From the NCBI GenBank assembly GCA_046754105.1, contig JBHHVD010000001.1:42733-106732 (forward strand): a DNA stretch of 64,000 nucleotides, read 5' to 3'. The notes beneath the pieces are model-generated. The model did no database searches, was not told the origin of the DNA, and saw nothing but the letters and a program-made list of their open reading frames with translations. Source of the DNA: Candidatus Krumholzibacteriia bacterium. Lineage in GTDB: Bacteria; Krumholzibacteriota; Krumholzibacteriia; WVZY01. Shown in pieces: positions 7,699 to 19,412 of the stretch; the first letter of the stretch is position 1, and each line of letters opens with the position of its first letter. The position numbers and the translations under genes were made by a program.

Positions 7699-9992
7699 TA
7701 CGGCTCGTTCCTCTCGAGATCGGCGCGCACGCGCTCGAGATTCACCTGGGCGTTCCGGTTCGAGGGGTCTATTTCAAGGGCCTTCACGAACTCCTTCTCG
7801 GCCCGCTCGAATTCGCCCATGTTTGCATATACCGACCCGAGGGTGATGTGCCCGTTGGAGTAGTTCGGCTCGACACGTACGGCGCGGGCTCCGTACCGGT
7901 GCGCGGCATCGAGCTCGCCGAGCTGGAGGAACATGATCGCCAGGTTGTTCATGGCGAAGACGTTCTCCGGGTTCAACTCGATCGCCCTCTCGAAGGCCTG
8001 CCTGGCGAGATCGTACTGCTTCAGTTTACCGTAGCACACGCCGAGGTTGTTGAGCGCCGCCGGAAAGTCGGGCCTGAGGGAGAGCGCCTTGTTGAATTCT
8101 TCAACGGCCTTGCGGTACTCGCCCTTCTCCTGGTATCGCTGGCCGAGGTTGTTGTGGGCGTCCGGGTTGCCGCTGCCGGTGCGCTCGGGCGTAATATAGG
8201 CCAGGGCCTCTAGCTTCTTCATCACCTGTTCGGCTGCCTCGTCGTCCGCCTCGAAAGACTCTGCGTCATTCGTGCGCGTCCGCTGCAAGGTGGCGAGCCG
8301 CGTCGTGTTCAGCCGTTCGACCAGCGGCTCCTCCAGGGCCTCCGACAGCACCTTGCCGGGCATGTCGGCGGGCACCGGCAGCCCCTGCAGTCCCAGCACC
8401 GTCGGGGTGACGTCGAGGACCGATGCGTTTTCTATGCGTCGTCCGGGGCGTATGCCGTTTCCGTACAGGCAGATGATCCCGTCCAGCTTGTGCCAGAACG
8501 CGGCCTTTCCCGCCCATATCTCCGGACGCAGTCGCGGCCGCAGGGCGCCGCTCTTGAAACCGTGATCCGACGCCACGATCACTACGGTGCGGTCGTCGCA
8601 TTTCTCCAGTAGCTCTCCGATGATGCGATCCTGTAGCACGTAGGCCTCGGCGACCGCGTTCTTGAACTTCCGGTAGGCGGTGTCGTCCGTGTCGGGCAAC
8701 CTCGGCGGGGCATAATGCATGAAGAGATGCTTGGTCGCGTCCACGAGTTCGAAATAAACGGCCAGAAAATCCGGCTGCTCGGGGCCGAGCAGCTCCATGG
8801 CGATCCGGTGGTAACTCAGGGTCGAGGCGTAGAGCATGATCATACTGTTGATCGGGTTCTTGGGATCGAACGCGGAGGCCCGGTTTTTCAGGAAAGTGTC
8901 GCGGTCGATGTCGATGAACGGTTTGAATTCATCGTAGGTTACAGACTCGCTCGGCAAGACCAATTCCGATATCTCGGCCAGCCGCTCCGCGGGCGATACG
9001 CTCCCCGGCAATACCGCGGAGTCATCCGCGGCGTCTGCATAGGCCAGGTAGCCGACACGATCCGTTACCATGGTGCCGTTGATCGCTTCTGCGGGAAACG
9101 TTGCCAGCCAGCCGACAATACTCACCCTGCGTCCGGCGTCGCTCAGCATGTTCCAGAATGCGTCGACCCTTCGCGCCCGGCGGCTGATCGGCACTTTCTT
9201 GCCCGTCTTCGGATCGACGACGGTAAAGTTGAGTACGCCGTGGTCCTCCGGGAGCTTGCCCGTGGCCACGGTCGTCCAAATCAGGGGCGAGAGAAGCGGT
9301 TCGATGGATCGCAGCGGGCCGCTGGTGCCGCCTTCCACGATCTTGCGGAAATTCGGCAGCCGGTCTCCGGCCATCATCGCTCGCAGGATGTCCCAGTCCG
9401 CACCGTCGACACCGACGAAGAGCACCTTGCGCAGCGGCTCGGGCTCGACAGCGACGACGGGTGCTTCCCCACCCGACCTCCATCCCTCGAGCCGGTACTC
9501 GGCGACCTCGAGGCCCGCGGGGGTAAGCGCCTTTATCACCTCGCCGATCACCGCCTTGTCGTAGCCGGCCGGCATGGCGCCGCCCGTCACCAGCGGCCAG
9601 CGCGCGGTCTCTATTTCAACCGTCTCCCGAACGATCCTGGAAAGCCCTGCGTAGAATTCATCGCCGACCAGCGGCTGGATCAGGGCCCCCGCCCGGTCGG
9701 GTACCCGCATGCGGAGGCCGAGGGCCAGATGCGCCTTGCCACCCTCCTTGCCCAGCAGAGAGTACACCCCCTCGTCGGGAAAACGGTATTCGACCTCCCC
9801 GGCGGGGTAGAGCAACCAGCGGGCCGAGAACGGCGGTACGAAGTGAAGGCCCCGCCCGTACGACGTCGCCTCGCCGTCGTCTCCGATGCGGACCGCCTGG
9901 TACCCCTGCGGCACGCGCCGGACGACCAGGGCCGATACCAGGCCCACGACGGCCGCGGCGAGGGCGAGCGCTATGATCGCGCGTTGTTTCAT
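7698..9992 (-). CDS. Alkaline-phosphatase superfamily (type I phosphodiesterase/nucleotide pyrophosphatase-like) protein with a C-terminal TPR array; N-terminal signal anchor
   Basis: VLFVGVDGADWDIL and VVIVASDHGFKSG are AlkP-core motifs. The C-terminus carries five or more TPR repeats (NNLGQRYQEKGEYRKAVEEFNKAL...). Start placed at the internal Met MKQRAIIALALAAAVV (signal anchor); the track ORF extends to 10130. Confidence 0.75.
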   Translation of the reverse strand: MKQRAIIALALAAAVVGLVSALVVRRVPQGYQAVRIGDDGEATSYGRGLHFVPPFSARWLLYPAGEVEYRFPDEGVYSLLGKEGGKAHLALGLRMRVPDRAGALIQPLVGDEFYAGLSRIVRETVEIETARWPLVTGGAMPAGYDKAVIGEVIKALTPAGLEVAEYRLEGWRSGGEAPVVAVEPEPLRKVLFVGVDGADWDILRAMMAGDRLPNFRKIVEGGTSGPLRSIEPLLSPLIWTTVATGKLPEDHGVLNFTVVDPKTGKKVPISRRARRVDAFWNMLSDAGRRVSIVGWLATFPAEAINGTMVTDRVGYLAYADAADDSAVLPGSVSPAERLAEISELVLPSESVTYDEFKPFIDIDRDTFLKNRASAFDPKNPINSMIMLYASTLSYHRIAMELLGPEQPDFLAVYFELVDATKHLFMHYAPPRLPDTDDTAYRKFKNAVAEAYVLQDRIIGELLEKCDDRTVVIVASDHGFKSGALRPRLRPEIWAGKAAFWHKLDGIICLYGNGIRPGRRIENASVLDVTPTVLGLQGLPVPADMPGKVLSEALEEPLVERLNTTRLATLQRTRTNDAESFEADDEAAEQVMKKLEALAYITPERTGSGNPDAHNNLGQRYQEKGEYRKAVEEFNKALSLRPDFPAALNNLGVCYGKLKQYDLARQAFERAIELNPENVFAMNNLAIMFLQLGELDAAHRYGARAVRVEPNYSNGHITLGSVYANMGEFERAEKEFVKALEIDPSNRNAQVNLERVRADLERNEP

Positions 9993-10058
9993 GATGGCAT
10001 GATAATACGCGATTGCCCGGGGTAGATGTGAGAACAATCCAATCAAGCGGCGTCGCTT

Positions 10059-11033
10059 TTGCGCTGGCGAGAACTCGCGAACACGGTTATAATGAGCTTT
10101 TTTCGCGCCCCACCTCCACCACGATCGCAAACGAACGTGCCGTCACCGGATACATCTGCCAGGAAAGTCGCTGTCGTCGTCCTGACGTGGAACGGCAGAT
10201 CGCTGACGCTCGACTGCCTGGAATCGCTCGCGGCCTTGACATGGGGCAATCTGGAAACCGTGGTAGTGGACAACCACTCGACCGATGGTACCGCGGAAGC
10301 GATAAAAAGTTCCTGCGGCGAGACCGTCTCGGTGCTCGTTAACCCGGAAAACCTTGGATTTTCCGGTGGAAACAACGTCGGGATACGGTACGCGCTCGAC
10401 CGCGGCGCCGACTGGGTTCTTCTTCTCAACAACGATACCATCGTCGACCCCGGGCTCGTGGATCGTCTGGTTGAGGCGGCGGCCTGCGCTCCGGATGTCG
10501 GCGTCGTCGGCCCAAAGATCTATTATTCACACCCTCCCGATCGCATATGGTCCGCCGGCGGCGAGATTTTTCTCTCGCGGGGCACCGCCCGCCACATCGG
10601 CATACGCCGGCGCGACACGGGCGAGTACGACACGCCGCGCGACGTGGATTATGTCAGCGGATGCGCTCTGATGGCGAGCCGCGACGTGTTCGAAACCATC
10701 GGTCTTCTCGACTCCTCCTACGTCCTCTACTTCGAAGACGCGGATTTTTGCACGCGGGCGAGGATGCACGGCTTTCGCGTGAGGTATGCGCCGGGCGCCG
10801 TAGTATGGCACCGGATATCCTCGGCGACCGGCGGACAATTCGGCCGCCGGAAGGTCGCGCTCAAACTGCGGAGTGCGGTCAAGTTCTTTCGCCGGTACGC
10901 ATCCCCGCACCACTGGCTTACCATTCCTTTGTTTTTTACAATCGACGTCATCCGTATTATCATCCTCGTCCTTGCCGGACGCATTCACAACACCACCGAG
11001 CGGGACGGAACGTCCCACGGGAGCAGGCCATGA
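10059..11033 (+). CDS. Family-2 glycosyltransferase (rhamnosyltransferase-like)
   Basis: VAVVVLTWNGRSL...VVVDNHSTDGT...NLGFSGGNNVG...LLNNDTIV is a GT2-A fold. C-terminal TM segment. The start may instead be Met at 10092. Overlaps rmlD by 4 nt (ATGA). Confidence 0.85.
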   Translation: MRWRELANTVIMSFFRAPPPPRSQTNVPSPDTSARKVAVVVLTWNGRSLTLDCLESLAALTWGNLETVVVDNHSTDGTAEAIKSSCGETVSVLVNPENLGFSGGNNVGIRYALDRGADWVLLLNNDTIVDPGLVDRLVEAAACAPDVGVVGPKIYYSHPPDRIWSAGGEIFLSRGTARHIGIRRRDTGEYDTPRDVDYVSGCALMASRDVFETIGLLDSSYVLYFEDADFCTRARMHGFRVRYAPGAVVWHRISSATGGQFGRRKVALKLRSAVKFFRRYASPHHWLTIPLFFTIDVIRIIILVLAGRIHNTTERDGTSHGSRP

Positions 11034-11890
11034 CCATCGTAATCTTTGGCGGAGACGGCCAGTTAGGGTCCGACCTGCGGCAAGCCCTGTCTGCGGGCGA
11101 CGTCGTGCCGGTGGGCCACGAGGACGCCGATATCGTAGACGCCAACGCCGTCGCCGGGGCCGTCGCCGGGGCCCGACCGCAATGGGTCATCAACTCGGCC
11201 GCAATGACGCACGTCGACCGCTGCGAGGAAGAGGACGTCAGGGCATTCGAGATCAACGCGCTCGGCGCGCGCAACGTGGCCGTGGCGGCCCGGTCGCACG
11301 GCGCCCGGATCGTTCACATCAGCACCGATTACGTGTTCGACGGTTCCAAGGGCGAGCCCTACGTGGAGGAAGACCTGCCGCGCCCGATAAGCGCGTACGG
11401 ATTGTCCAAGCTCGCCGGCGAGATGTTTGTCCGGACGCTGCACCCCGAACACTACATCATCCGCACGAGCGGCCTGTACGGTCTTCACCGCTGCCGTGGA
11501 AAAGGCACCAACTTCGTGGATACGATGCTCCGGTTGTCAAGGGAAAGGGACGTGCTGCGAGTCGTAAGTGACGAGGTGCTGACGCCAACGTTTTCCCACG
11601 ATCTTGCCCAACAGATACGCGTGATGATCGAGGAGAATCCCCCGTACGGGATCTACCACGCCACCAACTTGGGACAATGTTCCTGGCATGAATTCGCTGC
11701 GGAGATCTTTCGCCTGGCAGGTAGCGGCGCGCGGCTGGAAGAGACCACGGCGGCCGAATGGAAGGCTCCGGCAAGGCGCCCCGCCTGCTCGGTACTGAAA
11801 AACGCCGCGCTCGAGGGCGCGGGCATCCAGTCGATGCCTGACTGGAAGGACGCCCTGCGGCGGTACCTCGAAGCCCGGCCCGCCGCCTAG
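11030..11890 (+). CDS. rfbD: dTDP-4-dehydrorhamnose reductase
   Basis: MTIVIFGGDGQLGSDL...STDYVFDGSKGEPYVEEDLPRPISAYGLSKLAGE matches the RmlD family (the YxxxK catalytic motif lies in SAYGLSK). Confidence 0.9.
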   Translation: MTIVIFGGDGQLGSDLRQALSAGDVVPVGHEDADIVDANAVAGAVAGARPQWVINSAAMTHVDRCEEEDVRAFEINALGARNVAVAARSHGARIVHISTDYVFDGSKGEPYVEEDLPRPISAYGLSKLAGEMFVRTLHPEHYIIRTSGLYGLHRCRGKGTNFVDTMLRLSRERDVLRVVSDEVLTPTFSHDLAQQIRVMIEENPPYGIYHATNLGQCSWHEFAAEIFRLAGSGARLEETTAAEWKAPARRPACSVLKNAALEGAGIQSMPDWKDALRRYLEARPAA

Positions 11891-12165
11891 AACACCGCGT
11901 TCACTACCGCGAAAGCGACGAACACGAGGACCAGGACGGGAATTGCGACAACGGCGAGCACGAGAGGAAGTACGCTGGACACGGCCCAGGCGGCGACGAT
12001 AGCGGCCGGAATCAGGAGCACGAGCCCCACCGCGCCCTTGACGACCCACCAGCCCAACTTGAGCGGCAGAACTACCAGCCAGAACAGGAACTTGAGCAAA
12101 CCGATGAACATCGCGCCCGCGAGAAAAATAAGCCCTACGACAACCAGAAATTCCAACATCACCAC
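11887..12165 (-). CDS. Small hydrophobic membrane protein (92 aa, three predicted TM helices), function unknown
   Basis: Almost entirely hydrophobic ORF. Convergent with rfbD. Confidence 0.35.
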   Translation of the reverse strand: MVMLEFLVVVGLIFLAGAMFIGLLKFLFWLVVLPLKLGWWVVKGAVGLVLLIPAAIVAAWAVSSVLPLVLAVVAIPVLVLVFVAFAVVNAVF

Positions 12166-12380
12166 ATCCTCTTAATCGGCTGTTAGAGTCTACGACGGGA
12201 GTTCAGGAATGTTACACGGGCGGCGTCCGGTTTATTCGACCTCGGCGGGAGCCTCGACGGGCCCCGGTGGCGGCCGCGCCCCGACCGTCGGCCCGGTTCC
12301 CCACACCCCACGTGGTTTTCATGACATTTCTCAAGAATCGTCTTGTTTGTGAGAAATATTTCACATATGTTGTTTGTGGG

Positions 12381-12409
12381 TTGACTTTGAGAATCGATTC
12401 ACCTAACGT
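12381..12409 (+). promoter_or_regulatory. Candidate sigma70 promoter of the atp operon: TTGACT, 17-nt spacer, TAACGT
   Basis: The -35 is TTGACT at 12381-12386 and the -10 is TAACGT at 12404-12409. It sits in an AT-richer 310-bp intergenic region that also holds a 7-bp inverted repeat, TTTCTCA-N16-TGAGAAA. Confidence 0.4.
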
Positions 12410-12480
12410 GCATTGATAATTTGCGTCATCGGTGAATAAACGAACCAGCCCCTGGCTGGGTCCCTTCGTTTGACGTCTCC

Positions 12481-12726
12481 TTGCAAAAAAAGAACGACCG
12501 AAACCGCTTTGAGGGTGTGCGCCAGGCCGGTCTACTGACGACCATCCCCGTTCTGCTGGCGATATCGCCGCTGATCGGATTTTTTATCGGTCGGTTTCTC
12601 GACGGCAAGTTCAAGACGGATCCGCTTTTTACCATTATATTCCTGATCCTGGGATTCGTCGCCGGGGCCATGCAGACCGCTCGCGTAATCCGGCTGGCGA
12701 ACCGTGACTCGGACGAGAAGGACTAA
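12481..12726 (+). CDS. atpZ: AtpZ-like small membrane protein (ATPase_gene1 family) preceding the F-ATPase genes
   Basis: 81 aa with two TM segments (TTIPVLLAISPLIGFFIGRFLDG...). Lies directly upstream of the atpI-like gene and atpB. Begins with TTG. Confidence 0.5.
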   Translation: MQKKNDRNRFEGVRQAGLLTTIPVLLAISPLIGFFIGRFLDGKFKTDPLFTIIFLILGFVAGAMQTARVIRLANRDSDEKD

Positions 12727-13150
12727 CGTCGTGGGTTTGGAGTTTCTGCAGCGTGTGCGAAAGACATCGATCGTAACGGGTCTCGTCGTTCTCCCCGTGG
12801 TCTCCGCCTACGTGGGGCTGGCGGCCGGCGTGGCCTGGGCTCTGGGCGTGACGTGGTCGCTCGTCAACGTCTATGTCATCGGGCTGCTGGTACGGTTCGC
12901 CTACACGGACGGGAAAAAGGAGCGGCTGCGGGCGGCGCTCCTCTTTGTGGTCAAGATCCCGGTGCTCTACCTGATCGGCTACCTGCTGCTCAGGAGCGAC
13001 CGCCTGCCCGATCCCGGACTGCTGGCCGGCTTCATGTGGCCGCTGTCGGTGATCGTCTTGAAGGCATTCGCAAGGCTCATCCTGAGAATGGACGAGCGGA
13101 AGCAGACACCTTACGACGCCGAACCCGACGTCATGCACGGGGACAAGTAG
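12704..13150 (+). CDS. atpI: ATP synthase protein I-like membrane protein
   Basis: 148 aa, four hydrophobic segments, positioned between atpZ and atpB. The real start may be the GTG near 12731. Confidence 0.5.
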   Translation: MTRTRRTNVVGLEFLQRVRKTSIVTGLVVLPVVSAYVGLAAGVAWALGVTWSLVNVYVIGLLVRFAYTDGKKERLRAALLFVVKIPVLYLIGYLLLRSDRLPDPGLLAGFMWPLSVIVLKAFARLILRMDERKQTPYDAEPDVMHGDK

Positions 13151-13151
13151 C

Positions 13152-13988
13152 GTGGTAGTATTGGAGAGACTCAGAGGCTTTCTCGAGGTGGCCCTCGCCG
13201 CCGCCCAGGAAACGCACGGTGGCGGAGGTGAGCAGCACGAGCTGCCCAACTTTCTCACCATCGTCATCGAACTCGTCGGCGGAGGCAGCGCGGCGGCCTT
13301 CCTGCACCGGTGGGAAAACGTCATTTTTTCGCTGATTATTATTACGGTGCTGGTGCTGATCGCCCGCGCCGCCTCGAGGAACCCCAAGATGGTGCCCGGC
13401 GGGCTGCAAAACGTCGTCGAAATGGTCGTCGAGACCCTTGAAAATTTCATCGTCGGCGTAATCGGGCCGCGCGGGCGCAAATTCGTTCCATTTCTTGGCA
13501 CGCTGTTCCTGTACATCTATTTCATGAACATAGCCGGGCTCATCCCTTTTCTGAAATCACCATCGGCAAGCATCAACACCACGGTGGCACTCGCCCTGTG
13601 CGTGTTTTTGTACGTGCAGTACACCGGCATCAGGGAAAACGGCATCATCGGTTATGTCGACCATCTGATGGGGCAACCGCGCAACGCCATGCAATGGGCC
13701 TTCGTGCCGCTCATGCTTCCGATCCACATCATCGGCGAGTTCGCCAAGCCGATGAGTCTCTCTTTACGCTTGTTCGGCAACGTCACCGGCGAGGACATCC
13801 TGATCTTCATTTTTGTAAGCCTCGGGGTGACGGTAATGAGTTTTACGCATGCACCAATCGGCATTCCGCTTCAGCTGCCTTTTATTTTTCTTGCCTTGTT
13901 GACGAGCTTCATTCAGGCGCTCGTGTTTACGTTGTTGAGCACTATTTACTTCGCGATGATGCTTCCCCATGAGGAAGAGCATCACTAG
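13152..13988 (+). CDS. atpB: F0F1 ATP synthase subunit a
   Basis: ...[22 protein letters not shown]... carries the conserved Arg of the a subunit. Five or six TM segments. Confidence 0.9.
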   Translation: MVVLERLRGFLEVALAAAQETHGGGGEQHELPNFLTIVIELVGGGSAAAFLHRWENVIFSLIIITVLVLIARAASRNPKMVPGGLQNVVEMVVETLENFIVGVIGPRGRKFVPFLGTLFLYIYFMNIAGLIPFLKSPSASINTTVALALCVFLYVQYTGIRENGIIGYVDHLMGQPRNAMQWAFVPLMLPIHIIGEFAKPMSLSLRLFGNVTGEDILIFIFVSLGVTVMSFTHAPIGIPLQLPFIFLALLTSFIQALVFTLLSTIYFAMMLPHEEEHH

Positions 13989-14008
13989 CCACGAGGAGGA
14001 GAAACGCA

Positions 14009-14245
14009 ATGGACTATCAAGCGATGTTGGCCTGGGCGCTTCCCATCGGCATCGGTTTCGCTGCAATCGGCAGCGGTATCGGCCTGGGCCGCGCAGTGGG
14101 TTCCGCCATGGAGGCCATCGGCCGCCAGCCGGAGGCGTCGGGCAAGATCCAGACCGCGATGATCATCGGAGCGGCCCTGATCGAAGCGCTCACGATCTAC
14201 GCGCTGGTTACAATGTTCATGCTCAAGGGTCTGATCGGTCACTGA
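14009..14245 (+). CDS. atpE: F0F1 ATP synthase subunit c (H+-type)
   Basis: 78-aa hairpin, GIGLGRAVG...[13 protein letters not shown], with the carboxylate Glu. Confidence 0.9.
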   Translation: MDYQAMLAWALPIGIGFAAIGSGIGLGRAVGSAMEAIGRQPEASGKIQTAMIIGAALIEALTIYALVTMFMLKGLIGH

Positions 14246-14328
14246 TCAATTCGCGCCCATTCGCCTGATGCGCCGGCCCCGCGGCTTCGAGCGCACAGGC
14301 CGTCGTTCGAAACGGCAAGGAGCTCAAC

Positions 14329-14811
14329 ATGAACATTGATCCAGGACAGATCGTCACTCATATCATCGGCTTTCTCCTGGCGTGCTGGCTGCTGAAACGC
14401 TACGCGTGGGAAAGCGTTCTCGGCTTCGTGGAAAAGCGCCGCGCGGCCATCGCGGCGTCGTTCGACCAGATCGAGAAGGACCAGGCCCTGGTCGCCACGC
14501 AAAAGGAGAACCTCGACAGGGAGTTCCTCAAGATCGAAGAAACGCGCAGGGAGAGGATACAGGAAGCAGCCCGCGAAGCGGACACCCTGGCCGGCGAGAT
14601 CAAGGAAGAAGCACGGAGGGAGGCCCTGGCGGCACGCGAGAAATCGAAGCAGGACATCGCCCTCGAACTCGACAAGGCCAACGAGGTTCTCAAGGACCGC
14701 ATCATCGACGCGGTCATCCACACGACCGAGAAGATGATACTGGAACGGCTGGACAAGAAGAAACACGGCGAACTCATCGATCGATTCCTTTCCTCGGTAA
14801 AGGTGAGTTGA
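14329..14811 (+). CDS. atpF: F0F1 ATP synthase subunit b
   Basis: N-terminal TM segment followed by a long charged coiled coil. Position in the operon. Confidence 0.8.
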   Translation: MNIDPGQIVTHIIGFLLACWLLKRYAWESVLGFVEKRRAAIAASFDQIEKDQALVATQKENLDREFLKIEETRRERIQEAAREADTLAGEIKEEARREALAAREKSKQDIALELDKANEVLKDRIIDAVIHTTEKMILERLDKKKHGELIDRFLSSVKVS

Positions 14812-14872
14812 TGGGAAGCCGCACAGCAGACGGTGCCGCGGGAGCGGCTGCGACAGGGGGGGGCGCGACCTG

Positions 14873-15421
14873 ATGCTTTTGCGTGGGGTGGCCAACCGGT
14901 ACTCGACCGCACTCTTCAACGCGGCGCTCGACGCGGGCGTGGCCGGAGAGGTGCGCGACGAGCTCCTCGGCTTCAAGGATGTGCTGTCGGCGAGCCCTGA
15001 GTTCCGCAGTTTCCTTCTCTCGCCGCAGGTGTTGACGGAACACAAGCGGGACATCGTCAACTCGACGATCGGCAAGAAGGGGTCGCCGCTCTTCGCGCGG
15101 TTCGTGCTGCTGCTGCTCGACAAGAAGCGTTTTTTCTTCATCGATGAAATTGCTGATTCCTACATCGAAATCTATGAGCGCCACGAGGGCATTCTGAAAG
15201 TGGAAGTCGTTACCGCGGTGCCACTGGACGCCAGCATGGAGAAAAAGGTGGTCGCCAAACTGGAAAAAGAAACCGGCAAGAAGATACGAATTACACCTGT
15301 AACGGACCCCGAGATCATCGGGGGCATGATTCTCATGATGGAAGACAAAATTATTGACGGCAGCATTCGCTTCCAGTTGGAAAAGCTTCGGCGGGACCTG
15401 GGCGCGATTCGCGTCGCTTGA
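14873..15421 (+). CDS. atpH: F0F1 ATP synthase subunit delta (OSCP)
   Basis: LLRGVANRYSTALFNAALDAG... matches the OSCP family. Position in the operon. Confidence 0.8.
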   Translation: MLLRGVANRYSTALFNAALDAGVAGEVRDELLGFKDVLSASPEFRSFLLSPQVLTEHKRDIVNSTIGKKGSPLFARFVLLLLDKKRFFFIDEIADSYIEIYERHEGILKVEVVTAVPLDASMEKKVVAKLEKETGKKIRITPVTDPEIIGGMILMMEDKIIDGSIRFQLEKLRRDLGAIRVA

Positions 15422-15439
15422 TCAAGAGGAGAACACAGG

Positions 15440-16960
15440 ATGGCTTTTCGACCCGAAGAAGTAAGCTCGATCATCCAGACGGAACTGGAGAAGCACGAAA
15501 CGACGCTCGAGACGGAGTCCGTCGGAACGATCCTCCAGATCGGCGACGGCATCGTGCGTATCTGGGGACTGTGGGAGGCGATGGCGGGCGAGTTGATCGA
15601 GTTTCCCGGCGGCGTAATGGGCATGGTGCTAAACCTCGAAGAAGACAACGTGGGCGCCGTCCTCTTGGGGCCCGATACGGAGATCAAGGAAGGCGACACG
15701 GTCAAGCGAACGGGCAAGATCGTGCAGGTTCCCGTCGGTGACGGCCTGCTCGGAAGGGTCGTGAACTCGCTGGGGCAGCCTATCGACGGCAAGGGGCCCA
15801 TCGTGGCCGACCAGTACCGTCCCGTGGAGACCATCGCCCCGAACGTCGTTCAGAGACAACCGGTGAAGGAGCCCCTCCATACGGGGCTAAAAGCCATCGA
15901 CTCGATGATTCCCATCGGCCGGGGACAGCGGGAGCTGATCATCGGCGACCGGCAGACGGGAAAGACAGCCATCGCGATTGACACCATTATCAATCAAAAG
16001 GACACGGACGTATACTGTATCTACGTTGCAGTTGGCCAGAAGGAGTCGACCGTCGCACGCGTCGTGAAAGTGCTCGAGGAGCACGGCGCGATGGATTATA
16101 CGATCGTTGTCAGCGCGTCCTCCAGCGAGCCGGCGCCGCTGCAGTTCCTGGCGCCCTACGCGGGATGCTCGATGGGTGAGCACCTGCGCGACTCCGGCAA
16201 GCATTCGGTCGTGTTCTACGACGATCTCTCGAAACACGCGCAGGCCTATCGCCAGTTGTCACTGCTGCTGAGACGGCCCCCGGGACGCGAGGCGTACCCC
16301 GGCGATGTATTCTACGTGCACTCGCGGCTGCTCGAAAGGGCTGCCAAGCTCAGCGATGAGCTCGGTGCGGGATCGCTGACCGCGCTCCCCATCATCGAGA
16401 CCCAGTTGGGTGACGTAACGGCGTATATTCCAACCAACGTCATCTCGATCACGGACGGTCAGATCTTCCTGCAGGGCGACCTTTTCTATGCCGGTATCCG
16501 GCCGGCGATCAACGTCGGCATTTCAGTATCCAGGGTCGGCGGCAACGCCCAGACCAAGATGATGCGGCAGGTGGCCGGCCAGCTACGCCTCGACCTCGCC
16601 CAATACCGCGAACTGGTCGACTTCGCGCGTTTCGGTTCGGATCTCGATAAGTCCACCATCGCGCAGCTGACCCGGGGAGAGCGCATGGTCGAGATCTTGA
16701 AGCAGGACGAGTACGTGCCGCAACCCGTTCAAAAACAGGTCATGATCATTTTCGCCGCCAACCAGGGGCTACTCGACGATCTCGAACCCGAGTACCTGGC
16801 ACGGTTCGAGAAGGAGTTCCTCGAGTTCATGGACGCGGATTACCCCGACGTGGTTCGCGACCTTGCCGGCGAACTCAAGATCAGCGAGAAGACCGGGGCG
16901 GAACTCACGGGAGCAGTGGAAAAGTTCAAGGCTCGATTTGTGGAGAGTATCCAGTCCTGA
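15440..16960 (+). CDS. atpA: F0F1 ATP synthase subunit alpha
   Basis: P-loop GDRQTGKT. Conserved alpha signature sequences throughout. 506 aa. Confidence 0.97.
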   Translation: MAFRPEEVSSIIQTELEKHETTLETESVGTILQIGDGIVRIWGLWEAMAGELIEFPGGVMGMVLNLEEDNVGAVLLGPDTEIKEGDTVKRTGKIVQVPVGDGLLGRVVNSLGQPIDGKGPIVADQYRPVETIAPNVVQRQPVKEPLHTGLKAIDSMIPIGRGQRELIIGDRQTGKTAIAIDTIINQKDTDVYCIYVAVGQKESTVARVVKVLEEHGAMDYTIVVSASSSEPAPLQFLAPYAGCSMGEHLRDSGKHSVVFYDDLSKHAQAYRQLSLLLRRPPGREAYPGDVFYVHSRLLERAAKLSDELGAGSLTALPIIETQLGDVTAYIPTNVISITDGQIFLQGDLFYAGIRPAINVGISVSRVGGNAQTKMMRQVAGQLRLDLAQYRELVDFARFGSDLDKSTIAQLTRGERMVEILKQDEYVPQPVQKQVMIIFAANQGLLDDLEPEYLARFEKEFLEFMDADYPDVVRDLAGELKISEKTGAELTGAVEKFKARFVESIQS

Positions 16961-16987
16961 TCCGGCGCGGAGAGCCGACAAAAAGCG

Positions 16988-17899
16988 ATGCCATCGTTAC
17001 TGGACATAAAGGCCCGTATAAAGGCCGTCGAGAATATCAAGAAGATCACGCGGGCGATGCAGCTCGTCGCAGCCGCCAAGTTCAACCGCGCGCAGAATCG
17101 CGCTCGCTCGGCCCGCCCGTACAGTGACGAACTGGATACGGTTCTTGGAGCGCTGGCGGGCCTCTCCGAAGACGCGGCCGTTGATGAGACGCTCTCGCTG
17201 TCCTTCGTCGAGGAGCAGGCCCCGATCGTGGTCGACCGCGCCAGGTTGTTCCGGCAGGTAGAAGTCAAGTGCCCCGGCATAGTGCTCGTTACCGCCGACC
17301 GGGGGTTGTGCGGAGCGTTCAACACGCGCCTGATCCGGGCGGCGCTCGACTTCGTCAAGCGACACTCCGACAAGGACTGCCGGCTGATCACGATCGGCCG
17401 CAAAGGCCACACGTATTTCAAAAAGAGGGATATCCCCATACTCCACCACGAGGAGCACGTCAGCGACCGGCTCGTACTCGATGAGATCCGGCGTATTACC
17501 TCCACGCTGATTCGCTTTTTCGTGGAGGGTAAGGTCGACGCACTCTACATCATTTACTCGCAGTTCAAGACGGCGATGCGATCGGACGTGCGGACCGAAA
17601 AATTTCTCAGCATCCCCCCGGTGGAGGGAAAGAAGGAAGACGACGTCTACATTCTCGAACCCGGAGAGGAAGCGGTCTACGAGACACTGATACCGCTCTA
17701 CGCCACGACCAAAATATTTGCGACCCTGGCGGATTCGTTTGCGTCCGAGTATGGCGCGAGGATGTCGGCGATGGCGTCGGCAACCAGCAACGCAGAAGAA
17801 ATGCTCGAGGAGCAGATCCTGCTCCGTAACCGGATGCGCCAGGCGATCATCACGAAAGAACTGGCTGAAATCGTCGGAGGCGCTGCGTCCCAGGAATAG
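16988..17899 (+). CDS. atpG: F0F1 ATP synthase subunit gamma
   Basis: MPSLLDIKARIKAVENIKKITRAMQLVAAAKFNRAQ... is the canonical gamma N-terminus. Confidence 0.9.
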   Translation: MPSLLDIKARIKAVENIKKITRAMQLVAAAKFNRAQNRARSARPYSDELDTVLGALAGLSEDAAVDETLSLSFVEEQAPIVVDRARLFRQVEVKCPGIVLVTADRGLCGAFNTRLIRAALDFVKRHSDKDCRLITIGRKGHTYFKKRDIPILHHEEHVSDRLVLDEIRRITSTLIRFFVEGKVDALYIIYSQFKTAMRSDVRTEKFLSIPPVEGKKEDDVYILEPGEEAVYETLIPLYATTKIFATLADSFASEYGARMSAMASATSNAEEMLEEQILLRNRMRQAIITKELAEIVGGAASQE

Positions 17900-17976
17900 G
17901 AAAAGACGCGGCAATAGGTCGCCGGCAGCGGGTGCCTCGCGCGCCAAACAATCACAAGGCAGAAGGAGCGATGTAA

Positions 17977-19392
<1,416 letters not shown>

Positions 19393-19412
19393 CAACGGAT
19401 GGAGAGTTTGCC

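Noticed and set aside
8715-10025. 436-aa plus-strand ORF
   Set aside because: Antisense to the AlkP-TPR gene, with no recognisable motifs.
12635-13516. 293-aa minus-strand ORF
   Set aside because: Antisense to atpI and atpB.
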